Positions 52,043-63,000 of a stretch of DNA of 64,000 nucleotides are shown here, piece after piece. Source of the DNA: Lama guanicoe (taxonomy: Eukaryota); assembly GCA_013239625.1 (NCBI GenBank), contig MU053304.1, forward strand, positions 558,001 to 622,000. Reading direction: 5' to 3'. The translations under genes were made by a program, and so were the position numbers. The notes under the pieces were generated by a model. The model saw nothing but the letters and a program-made list of their open reading frames with translations. It made no database searches and was not told the origin of the DNA. Position 1 is the first letter of the stretch. The number at the start of each line of letters is the position of its first letter.

Positions 52043-53081
52043 GTAAATAGATTGTTGTTAAGAGTTTATCAGCCCAACAATGATTATTCAGGTCAGACCG
52101 TCTTGTGACTTGCTCCTCATCCCTCAGTAGGACATTACCTTGGTCTCTTGCAGTTTAGAGCATTTAAAACCCTTCAGTGGCTTATTTAGTAAATCCATTA
52201 TATTAATTTTTGCTATCCCATTTTTCCAACCAGAATACTAAAGTAATCCGAAGATCTTCCAAGTCATTCCAGAGACACATTTTCATGATTTTTCAGCTGT
52301 GAACAATGCCATTTGCCTTAGAATTATTTTAAACTAATCACAAATTTAATCATGAAACCCCTAGCTTTGGTGGCAAATATAGGTTCTGTATCACTTCCGC
52401 TTTTTTGCTGAGTTGAATTTCATCCTTTCTTACTTCTTTCTCATCAGAAGCACATGCCTTGGGCATGGGCGTGTTTATTTTATGGTACTCAGAATTTCTT
52501 AGGTAGAGTTGAGAAGATAATAGTAAACATTCACTGAGCGCTAAACTGTTCCAGGCATTTTCTTAGTTCCTTGTTTATTTAACTCCTTGAAACCATAAGA
52601 CAATCCTCAGTAGTAATTTTTGTCATTATTCCCATTTTACAAAGGAGGGAATTGAGGCACAGAGAAGTTAAGTGACATGCCCAATATCCCACAGTTAGAA
52701 AGTGGCGGGGGCAGGATTTGAACCCAGCGCTCTGACTCCAGAACTTCTGCCAAGACTTTTGTCTTATTGCTCTTTTTACGGTTTTTGTGAACTGTATTTT
52801 GAAATATTGTCGCATTTGCAGTAAATAAAGATTCCTTTTGCATTAGAAAAATATTCTGACTGTAATAGCCCTTGAGTTTGCTAACATATTCTGTATTAGG
52901 ATTGATATTTTTGTTCCAGTTCCCAAATGCAATGGCTGTTTCTTAAAACAGAAATTCAAAAGCTTGTCATTTCAAGCTTCATTTTCTATAGCTTTTGGTT
53001 AAATTTAGTCAGTTTTTAAACAGAAAACTAATAAAGATTCAACGGGTAAGTTTGCACTGACTCTCCGTCCTTGCCCTGGAG

Positions 53082-53278
53082 GAGGGCTTCTCAATTTTGG
53101 CACTATTGACATTTGGGGCCAGATAACTCCTTGTTATGGGGGGCTGTGCATTTCCTTGTAGGCTGTTTAGCACATCCCTGGGGATCTTCCCATTGACACT
53201 GGAAGTGCCCCCTTACTAGATGTGACAGCCAAAAATGTCTCCAGACATTGTCAGACTCACCCTGGGTGAGAACCCCTG
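53082..53278. mobile_element. MER20-like hAT MITE
   Basis: Motif 'ttctcaa..ttggcactattgacatttggggccagataa...aaaaatgtctccagacattg...tgagaacccctg'. Confidence 0.8.
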
Positions 53279-53472
53279 CTCTCTGGTTACTTCATAGCAC
53301 TGCTGTTGCTAGTTGGTGGAGCCTTGGTTTTAAATTGTAAATTTGGCAGCTGTGTTTGACTCAATGCTAATTTTCACTCTCATATCCAGTGCACTTAGCC
53401 AACCAGAAGGCATGTGCCTCTTGATTTTACCTGTTTTTTTTTTTTTTTCCTTTTCGGCTACATCTCTGTTAA

Positions 53473-53597
53473 GAGATTTGGTTTTGTGAATTTTAAATCT
53501 GTTGATGACCAGGAAAAAGCCCTGGAACTTAGTGAGTCGGAGGTCCTTGGGTATAAAATTAAATTTAAGAAACCAAAGGGAAAGGAAACAAAGAAAG
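53473..53597 (+). pseudogene. NCL-like exon 7 equivalent (RRM1 C-half, RNP1), open frame with altered acceptor
   Basis: RFGFVNFKSVDDQEKALELSESEVLGYKIKFKKPKGKETKK|gtagg, against NCL KFGYVDFESAEDLEKALELTGLKVFGNEIKLEKPKGKDSKK. Confidence 0.9.
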
Positions 53598-54213
53598 GTA
53601 GGCAAACGAGGTACCTTGTTCATAGATACCTGTGCATCTAGAAGATTCTGCATCAGGTGGGAATATCACGTTCTTTCTCATCCAGGGCAAGTACTCCTCA
53701 GTTTCTGGCAAGTCACCGGCCTCCACAGCACAGTCTTTCTCACCTTTAGGCTGCATTGCTCACCTGCCCTGTCGTCATGTTCGTGACTCATTCCCTGGCC
53801 ACTAACAGCCCCTCCAGAGAGTCTCAGCTTAAAGGTCACTTCCTTAGATCAGAAGCATTTTCCCTGACCCCTCAAACAGTTAAGTCTTCTCTCCTCCATG
53901 TTTTCATTTCCCTTTTTATTTACTTTTCCTTCCTGGCACTTACCACAGTTTGTAATTATGTGACTGTTTGTTTACTAGCCTTTTCCCCAACAAGACTACT
54001 TTCCCAGGAGTGGAGGCCAAGTCTGTATTTTCACCACCAGCACGTAGCACAGGCCCTCACCCAGACTCTGTGTTCAAATATTTGTTCAGTGAAGGAATAT
54101 GTACTGTTTCCACTCTTTAACTATTTGAGAAGTATTTTTGTCTCTTGTTAGAGCACTTTTGATGCTTATGAGATCTAAACTCAGACTAAAAATACTCTTT
54201 TGTGTATATACAG

Positions 54214-54328
54214 ATGGAAATGCCAAAATGCTTTTGATCAAGAACAGAGTCACTCAGCATGAATTAATAGAAGTGTTTGAGGATACTTTTCAAATCAGAC
54301 TGGTGAGCAAGGATGGGATGAGTGAAAG
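54214..54328 (+). pseudogene. NCL-like exon 8 equivalent (RRM2 N-half), open frame
   Basis: cag|DGNAKMLLIKN---RVTQHELIEVFEDTFQIRLVSKDGMSE(R)|gtatg, against NCL ERDARTLLAKNLPYKVTQDELKEVFEDAAEIRLVSKDGKSKG. Confidence 0.9.
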
Positions 54329-54581
54329 GTATGTTTTGTACCTTGTACTGAAAATATATGTCTACTGGATTCTAATGTAACAGAATTTCATTATATTCTC
54401 CCAAATCACTCATACCTGATTTTAGAGAAGAGTAGTCATCCAGGCTTTCTACTGGCAGACATAAAAAGCATCATAAATGGATAGCCAAAGGCTTCTAGAA
54501 AATTGTAGTGGTGTCACAGACAAATAAAGACTTACTCTATCAAGTATAAGATTGAAGACTGGAAGAATCTAGTTATAGGTT

Positions 54582-55152
54582 TTTGTTTTGTTTAATTTAT
54601 TTTTATTGAAGTATAGTCAATTTACAGTGTGTCAATTTCTGGTGTACCTCACAATGTTTCAGTCATACAGGAACATACATATATTCATTTTCACCATAAG
54701 TTACTACAAGATATTGAATTTATTTCCCTGTGCTATACAGCATAAAATTGTTGTTTATCTATTTTATATGTATTAGTTAGTATCTGCAAATCTCAAACTC
54801 CCAATTTATCCCTTCCCACCCTTTTTTCCCCCTGCTAACCATAAGTTTGTTTTCTATGTCTGTGAGTCTGTTTCGTTTTGTAAATTAGTTTTTTTTTTTA
54901 GATTCCACATATAAGTGATATCATACAGTATTTTTCTTTCTGTTTCTGGCTTACTTCACTTAGAATGACATTCTCGAGGTCCATCCATGTTGCTGCAAAT
55001 GGCATTATTTTACTATTTTTATGGCTGAGTACTATTCCATTGTATAAATATACCACATTTTCTTTATCCTTTCATCTGTTGATGGACATTTATGTTGATT
55101 CCATGTCTTGGCTATTGTAAATAGTGCTGCTATGGACATTGGGGTGCATGTA
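54582..55152 (-). mobile_element. LINE-1 3' fragment
   Basis: L1 3'-UTR sequence. TSD tagttataggtt (54570-54581) / tagtcataggtt (55153-55164). Confidence 0.88.
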
Positions 55153-55769
55153 TAGTCATAGGTTCCCTTCATTCCACTTTATTTCAGTCACTTCAGGGCT
55201 AACTCCAGTAAAATCACACACTTGGTGAGTTACCTGTGCAGGTACTAAAAGAGAACATTGAATTGGTCTGTTAGAATGATGTAAGCAATTAATGAAACAC
55301 TATCACTGTGTATCTAGGCTTTGGTAGCATAAGAGGGTGAATACGGTGAAATTAGAAAAGATGGACTAGAATGCATTTTGAAGGGATTCTCAATGAGACG
55401 AAAATTGGAAATCAGGATTACAGATACACTTGAGCTAAATTTGTTGGTGTCAGTTAACTCTAAAATAACCTCTACTGTATATATATATATTTTTAGGTTT
55501 CTCTATTTTTATTTTATTTTTTATTGAAGTATAGTCAGTTTACAATGTTGTTTCAATTTCTGGTGTACAGCACAATTCTTCAGTCATACATGAATATACA
55601 TATATTCATTTTCATATTCTTTTTCACCATTCTGCCATGTATTCTGATGAACATAATCTCTAGAAAAGACTCCTGCAGATTTAGAAAACAAGTCTGAGAG
55701 GATAAATCCCAAATTGTTAGTGGTGTTTGCTGTAACAAGTACTGTGAGCACTCTGCTGGGCTTGCAAAC

Positions 55770-56740
55770 TATACAGAAAAATTAACTAAAATAGATGAAA
55801 GACCTAAATGTAAGCACTACGATGAAAAGACAGAAGTAAATCTTTGTAATCTTGGATGAGGGTATTACACAAGCCATAAAAAAGAAGATTGAGAAATTGG
55901 GCTTTATCAAAATTAAAAACATTTGTACTTCAAAAGACACTATCCAAAAAGTCATAAGAAACTCTACATCCTGGGAGAAGATATTGCAAATCATATATCT
56001 GATAAGGGACTTATATTCAGGATACATAAAGGACTTGTACAGCTCAATAATAAAAAGGCAACCCAATTTAAAAATGGGCAAAGGACTTGAATGGACGTTT
56101 CTTCAAAGAAGGTATACAGACGGCCAATGGACATGAGGAAAGATGCTCAACATTAGTTGTTAAGGAAATGCAAATCAAAACCATGATGTGATACCATTGC
56201 ATATTCATTAGAGTGGCTGTGATAAAAAAGACAGACAGTGACAATGTTGGCAAGGAAGTAGAGAAATCAGAACCCTCATTCATTGCTGGTGGGGAATGTA
56301 AAACAGTGTAGTTGCTTTGGAAAACAGTTTGGCAGTTTCTCAAAATGTTAAACATAGAGTTGCCGTATGATCCAGCAATTCTGCTGGAATTGAAGTACTG
56401 ATACATGCGACAACGTGGATGAGTCTCCAAAATATTGGGCTGAATGAAAGAAGCCAGACACAAAAGATGGCATATTTGTATAATCCCTTATATAAGATGT
56501 CTAGAATAGACAGATCTGTAGAGACAGAAAGTAACGTAGTGATTGCCGGCAGCTGGGGGACGGCAGTGAGTTGAGGGGAATGAGGGGTGACTACTGATGG
56601 GTACTTTGTGGGATGCTGAAGATGTTCTAAAATCAGATGGTGGCAATGGTTCTAGAATTCTGTAAACACACCATTGTACACTTTAAATTGGTGAATTTTA
56701 TGACATGTAAACTATATCTCAGTAGAGCTTTAAATAAAAA
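55770..56740 (+). mobile_element. Old LINE-1 (L1M-type) ORF2 end and 3' UTR
   Basis: ORF 55852-56136 (IKIKNICTSKDTI..WEKI) is L1 ORF2-like, and L1M 3'-UTR motifs follow. Confidence 0.85.
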
Positions 56741-56953
56741 AAGACGTGTATATGTGTATACATTTGCTTTTATATGTACAGCATGTTACCTCTAAGGATA
56801 GAAACTGGGCAGAAGGAAGACTTTGCTATATCTTTTCTATCTTTTGCATTCTGAGTCTTGTATGTTCATTCCTGATTCAAAAGACAAATAATTAAAAGTG
56901 CTAAATGTTGACCGTTCTTTCTTCTCTCTCCTATCCCAACCCCACAATTGCAG

Positions 56954-57105
56954 GATCGCCTATATTGACTTCAAGTCACAGGCCGATGCAGAGAGAGCCT
57001 TAGAACAGAAACAAGGAACTGAGATCGGTGCCATAGTTCTGGACCATGTTGGAAAGAAAAGCCAAAACCAAGAAGAGAGAGATGGAAAAAACAGCGCCTG
57101 GAGAA
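56954..57105 (+). pseudogene. NCL-like exon 9 equivalent (RRM2 C-half), open frame, phase-1 donor
   Basis: cag|IAYIDFKSQADAERALEQKQGTEIGAIVLDHVGKKSQNQEERDGKNSAWR A|gtaagg, against NCL IAYIEFKTEADAEKTFEEKQGTEIDGRSISLYYTGEKGQNQDYRGGKNSTWSG. Confidence 0.92.
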
Positions 57106-57572
57106 GTAAGGGTGTTAAAGCTGTAGATGGAGACTTGCCAGGCTTGTTTGTTAGCATGGCCCCCAGGGAGGGACTGGCAGGAGGTTAAGGGAACTTGATA
57201 CTTTTAAATATAATTTCTCCCTATATCAGAATGCATAAATCATCCTCATAATTCTATCAAGCTAATGGGTTTTGTCCTAGTGAACTGTGACTTTGATGTC
57301 TGCAAAAGGCGTGGCACTTTGAGATACATCAGTTCAGTTCCCCTTTTTGGGGTATCTTCTAGGATTCTGTTTGAACAAGATCTTGAACCTTTGGTTTCAG
57401 AATTAGATATTTAATTCTCTTCAACATTTAATTCTCTTCAAATAGAGTTTTTATCAAGTTTAAACCAGAGATTCCAAACCAGTGTCCCTAATCTGCTTAA
57501 TCTGATTGGTAGACATGATGCCTACACAGTGTTTAAAGAAAAAAAACAATAGAATTTACCATGAATATTTTT

Positions 57573-57827
57573 ATTTAAATATTTTTTTCCTTTTATAAAG
57601 CTTAAATTTTTTTGCTTGTTCTAATTTATTTTATTTTTTATTGAAGTGTAGTTGATTTACAATGTTAGTTTCAAGTATACAGCAAAGTGATTCAGTTACA
57701 TATATACATGCATAAGTATATTTTTTCAGATTCTTTTCCATTATAGCTTTTTATAAGAAATTGTATATAGTTTCCTGTGCTATATTGTAGGTCCTTGTTG
57801 TTTATCTGTTTTATATATAGTAATGTA
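57573..57827 (-). mobile_element. LINE-1 3' fragment nested in the hAT element
   Basis: 15-bp TSD accatgaatattttt (57558-57572) / accgtgaatattttt (57828-57842). Confidence 0.85.
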
Positions 57828-58129
57828 ACCGTGAATATTTTTAAAAATCAAGAAATTTCACATAAAAATCTGGATTTCTAGCTTCTTTTGCTACATCAGA
57901 GAATCTGGTGGCCCTGGGGCCACACTCTACGTGTCCACAGGCATCTGCTCCCTCTTAGCTGTTGGCTACAACCCCCACTGTTCTTGACGTTCTCCCCAAC
58001 TCTGAAGGAGTGACCATACTCTGACACTTTGGAAAAAATAGTTAATACTTTTTTCTTCCAAAGTGGTACTTTTTTCTTATTGATAAAGATGACATTTATA
58101 ATATGTCTTGTATATTTGTCTTTTAAAAG

Positions 58130-59860
58130 TGGGAAAATGAAAGTTAGAACAAGAAAGCCATACATTTCAAGAAACATGGGAGAAAACTTATTTCTTTGTG
58201 GAGGTAAAGAATGTTCCTACATGTTTAATATGCAAAGTCTGTCTGCGTCGAGAGAATGTAGCCTAAGACAGCATCATGAAACCAGCCATAGTAAGAACCA
58301 TGACGGGTTTACGGAAAAGATGCGGGATAGAAAACTCAACGAGCTGAAAAAAAGACTGAAATTTCAACATGATTTTCTTTTGAATGTGAGTAAAATAAGT
58401 GATGCTGCTATGAAATGTAGTTAAGTGTTAAGCAAGAAAATTGTCCGGGCATCAAAACCCCCTACAGATGGCGAGTTTATAAAGGACTGTCTACTGAGTG
58501 CGGCGGAAATCATGTGTCCTGAATAGAGACAAGCGTTTGCCAACATCAGACTCATTGGTGATATTGTTGCGCAGCACGTTGACAACATGACTGAGGACTT
58601 GCAGGACAAGTTGCAAGAAAAAGCCAGATCATTTGTGGCTTTCTCCATTGCAGCTCAGGAAAGCACTGATGGAAATGACACCCCCCACAGAGCTGTCTTT
58701 ATTCGTGGTGTCAATGAAACTTTTGATGTGACCGAAGAACTTTTGGGTGTGGTCCCCATGACAGGCACAACATCAGGAAATGAATTATTTCAATTTGTTG
58801 AGAAAAGTCTTAAAAAATTTAACATGGACTGGTCAAAATCAATATTAGCACAGATGGTAATTCTGCAGTGGTTGGTGTTAAAGAGCTAGTTACAATACTG
58901 AAATTGAAAGTGTCGGGGCTTTGCCAAGACACAGCACTTAAGTCTGTGTGTGGCCTCATTCTCCAGGAGTCACTTTAGGCTAAAAAATTTAAAACGGACC
59001 ACGTCATGGACATAGTAATTTATACCATAACCTGGATACGTTGCCATGGCTCGGACCACAGAAAGTTCAGTGCTTTGTTTAATGAGTCAGATGCACAATA
59101 TGGAAGCATGTTCTGCTCCATGGAACTTAAGTGGCTAAGTCGTGGTGAGATCCTCAGGCACTTTTTTGAACTATTGGAAGAAATTGACTTTTTCATGTCT
59201 TCTAAAGGAAAAGCTGTGCCTCAGCTTATGAGCAAAGACTGGGTCAGAGACTTAGCCTTTTTGGTTGACATTATGACGTATCTAAACATGTTGGATATTT
59301 CTCTGCAAGGATGTTCACAAATGGTGACACAAATGTATGATTCACTTCACTCATTCCTAGCGAAATTGTGTCTTTGGGAGACTCATTTGGCAAGGAACAC
59401 TCTGGCCCACTTTCCTACGCTGAAATTAGTTTCTGAAAATGAAAAGGATGGACTGAACTACATTCCCCAAATTAAAGAGTTGAAGACTGAATTCCAGAAA
59501 AGGTTCTCTGATTTCAGAGTTTATGAGAATGAACTAATATTGTTTAGTTCCCCTTCTCCATTAATATTAATAATGTGAATGAAGAGCTACAAATGGAAGT
59601 TACCGAATTGCAGTGCAACACTATACTGAAAGTGAAATATGATGATGTTGGGGTCCCAGAATTCTACACATGCATTGGGAATGGTAACCCTAAATATAAA
59701 AACCATTGTGCAAAGACTTTGCCCATGTTTGGAAGTACTTTATGTTTGTGTGCAGCTATTTTCTGCTATGAAGCTGAATAAAACTGAATACTGCTCCCAG
59801 TTAAAGGATTCAAAGATGAATCCTCTGCAGGATGTTGCAACACAAAATCCACAACCTTAA
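58130..59860 (+). pseudogene. Disrupted Charlie8/GTF2IRD2-like hAT transposase (BED-type Zn finger, RNase H-like core, dimerisation region)
   Basis: Blocks FQETWEKTYFFVEVKNVPTCLICK, FIRGVNETFDVTEELL..VPMTGTTSGNE, KWLSRG, DWVRDLAFLVD, FLAKLCLWETHL.RN.LAHFPTLKLVS.NE.DGLNYIP and EELQMEV..LQCNT.LK match the GTF2IRD2 transposase domain. Stops at 58138, 58422, 58524 and 58976; frameshifts near 58236, 58840, 59555 and 59740. Confidence 0.92.
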
Positions 59861-60048
59861 GAAAAAAAATATCTACAACCTGACATTGATTGACATCTTG
59901 CGGCATAAGAAAGGAATGTCAGATTTTGAATTTCAAATCTGAGGAGTAATACTTTGAATAATTATTTCTATTTCCAAATTATATTTTTTCAACGTCAAAG
60001 TTAAAGTGCAATCTCTGGCATCATATGTTTGTGCCTTATAACATATGA

Positions 60049-60054
60049 AATAAA
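60049..60054 (+). terminator. AATAAA polyA signal after the transposase exon
   Basis: AATAAA about 190 nt after the transposase stop, followed by U/GU-rich sequence. Confidence 0.55.
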
Positions 60055-63000
60055 GTTTGATAGTTTCCTGGCAGTTTATTTTTCCTGGAGTTTACCTTTC
60101 TGGCCCTTAGATTATTCAAGTCTATAAACCTCTGCCCTAAAAGCAGCCACATTTTCCCTAAAGGCACTTGGGAGCCGGGGATGTGAACCAGGGAGTCAGC
60201 TGCGTGAATGGAATGTTTAGATGCCTTTTTGCAACCCTATCCCCAGGGATGACAGATGTGCCACAGTGATTGTGGAGCTTAGGCCAGAGTAGCCCCCTTC
60301 CTTGGACGGAGCTGGGATGGCACAGCCAATAGTGGCTTCTGGGCTTCTTTGTTGGTGCTTCCATTTTGCATTTAAACACATTTCTTTTGAAATTTCAACA
60401 TTGTTGGTCAGCCCACTGTCAGTTGTGGCTGACCCAGGAGCCATCCTGCCTCTTACAGACAGAGATGGGCATTCCTTTGGCATTTGGGCCACCCCAAGGG
60501 GATGAAGAATGGGGTGTCAGTGCATCTAAGAGCTTATGACCATTTTCCCGGGGAGAAGGCCCATAGCTGCCATCCGAGTCTTAAAGAGGTCTGCGACCCA
60601 AAAGGTGTTTTTCCATCATGAAATTGGGACAGGATTGCTCACTCATACAGAAACTGTATCAGAAACTTTGTCAAATTACAGAAATGATGTAGAACATTTG
60701 GAAACTAAAGAAATAAAAGGAAAAACCTATAATCTCCACAACCCATGGTAACTCCTATAAATATTTAGGTATGTTTTCTTTCTGTTAACTTCCTGTGCAT
60801 TATTTTATATGGTTGAGTACATTGTGTGTTCTGCTCCCTTCCCCCTCACTCCCCTCTAAACATCTGTCAGCCTTTCAAGTTCAAGGTTGAGTTTACTTGA
60901 TTCTGTCAGGTGTGCACCAGTGGCCTTTGCCCGCCAGAGTGAGTTCTCTAGCATCACGTGAACCATAAGGTTGATATCCAGGGGTGGATATCAACTTCCA
61001 TTCTGCCAGGCTCTGATAGGCCAGAGAAATACCCTGTTGTCTGGGAAGGGAGAGGCAGAGGGCATCTGAAGACTCTCAGCACAGCCTTCCAGCGGAGGTG
61101 CTGGGACCACTAATGAGAAGAAATTCAGCTGAACAGCCACAGCAGAGCAAAGAGGGAGACGGGGCCTTTGGATGGGGTCTAAATTCATGGCTCCAGTCTT
61201 AGCTGAGCCACCAGTGCTCCCTGAAAGTCTTCCATGTCCCTTGTCCACGTCCCCATTCTCCCCACAAGTCAGATCAAACCTGCCACTCTTCTCTCATTCT
61301 CATTTGGTAACTTCACATCCTCAATAAAAGCCATTTGAGAAGAACCCCTCCCCTCCTGTACATGTTTACATACTTGCCTGGATCTGCAGCCTCCTCCCTT
61401 CCCATCCTAAGGTAACTTCTTCCTGTCCATGGCCAATCCCTTGATCCTCCCACTGTTCTCTGGTCTCCATCCTTGAGGGCTTTCCTCCATCCTCTACCTT
61501 TCTGAACTTCTGGGATTTTTGTTTGTACTGGCTCCTTCCACCAATATTTAAACATGCCCATGTCCCTGTCATACTCCTTTTAATTTTCTAATTCAAAGTT
61601 CTAAATTAGGACACACATTCACTGGTTCGGAATGCAATAGGTGTAAATTGAAAGGTCTCCCTCCCACTCCCCTGGTCACCCAGCTCCTTTGTATGAAAGT
61701 AAACAGTATCATTGATCTCTTGTGTCCTTCCACTGTTGTGTGTGGTCAAGGAATTATGTTTACATTATTTCTCCCACCTATCTTTTTACACAAAAAAACT
61801 AACAGGTTATGCATATTCTCCTGTACCCTGCTTTTTTTTTCATTTTAAGTATCTTAGTGGTCATTCCACATCGATCACAAAGAGCTCTTATGTTTGTTTT
61901 TACAGCTGTAGTGTTGTATGGATGTACAAGGATTTATTTACCAGTGTACGAGGTTGACTCTAGCTCAGCTCCTGTAACAGATGGTCCCCAAATTCTTAGT
62001 AAATCAACAGAGTAATTGCTTGTTTCTCACTCATAACAGAGTAAGGAGTGAGTATTTCTGGTCAGATGGCCTTCCACATGATCATTTGGGACCTAGGCTT
62101 CCTTCACTTTGTGTCTCTGTCCTGTTTTGGGTCCTTGGAAATCTCTTCATTCAGCGAGTGGTTAGGAGAACAAGGAGGGTCCAGTGTGGGGACTTCTATG
62201 GGCTGAGACTAGATATGTGTTCACCACTACCTTTGGCTAGAGCTTGGTCAAGTGACCATGGCTCTGTTCCCAAGGGAGGAAGGGAAATGTACAAGAGCCA
62301 TGCATCCAGGAATAAGGAATGGTTTGGATGAGCAGCTAGCCAGTCTGCTGCCATTGGTCTTCTGTTGATGCTGCCATCAGTTCCAAAGAGTCCAAAACAG
62401 AGCCTTTCCCTCAACCCACACCTGCCTCCGAGGTCCTGTTTCCTTGAAAGTGTATCTTGTGTGTCTTGAAAGAGTTTCCCAATTTGCTGTCTGTAATTCC
62501 CCTACAATTCCTCCGTGCAGCTGTGATGGAGGTGCCCCCACCCCCTCTGTTCTGTTGAAACTCTTCCCAAGGACACCAGGGACCTCTGTGGCAAAGGTTC
62601 CCAGATGCTTTTTAGATCATATCTTAATCCCTGTAATATTTGACACCACTGACCACCCCTTCCTCTCCCTTTGAAATCTCATTCTTTTCATTTTTCTCCT
62701 CTCTGAATGCTTCTTCTCGGGCTCTCCCCTTCCTCTGGCCCTCAAATGTTGTTGCTCCTCAGATGACTCCCCCCCCCCCCGCAGCTTATCAGTGGCTTTT
62801 ACCCTTTGGGGAGAAGGGGAAAGGGGAGGGCAGTCAGGGAAACTGTTGGCGCATCAGTTAAAAGTTACCAACTCTCTTGCAAGAATTATGTACATGTGCA
62901 CCTACACATGTATTTTTATTGCACTTTCAGGAGGTCCTCAGATGCAGATGCTCACCTTGATCTCCAGGTTAAGCACCTCTATTCTATGAGTTTCTTGGGT

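Larger units (their letters stand above)
46918..57105 (+). pseudogene. Unprocessed, diverged nucleolin duplicate (NCL exons 2-9 equivalents), disabled in its N-terminal exons
   Basis: Eight exons in NCL order and phase: 46918/46921-47025, 50355-50563, 51171-51280, 51562-51648, 51904-52042, ~53473-53597, 54214-54328 and 56954-57105. Stops or frameshifts lie in the exon 3-, 4- and 5-like segments. Confidence 0.9.
57466..60134 (+). mobile_element. Near full-length hAT DNA transposon (Charlie8-like)
   Basis: Degenerate TIRs (left CAGAGATTCCAAAC, right reverse-complement CAGAGGTTTATAGAC), 8-bp flanks gtttaaac / ccctaaaa with the central TA typical of Charlie targets, and an internal transposase. 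Confidence 0.65.

Noticed and set aside
46918..57105. Calling this the functional NCL gene
   Set aside because: It has several stops and frameshifts, high divergence for such a conserved protein, and no RRM3/RRM4/RGG exons in the window.
58130..59860. Calling this GTF2IRD2 or an active transposon
   Set aside because: There are no GTF2I repeats, the synteny is wrong, the ORF is disrupted, catalytic residues are altered and the TIRs are degenerate.
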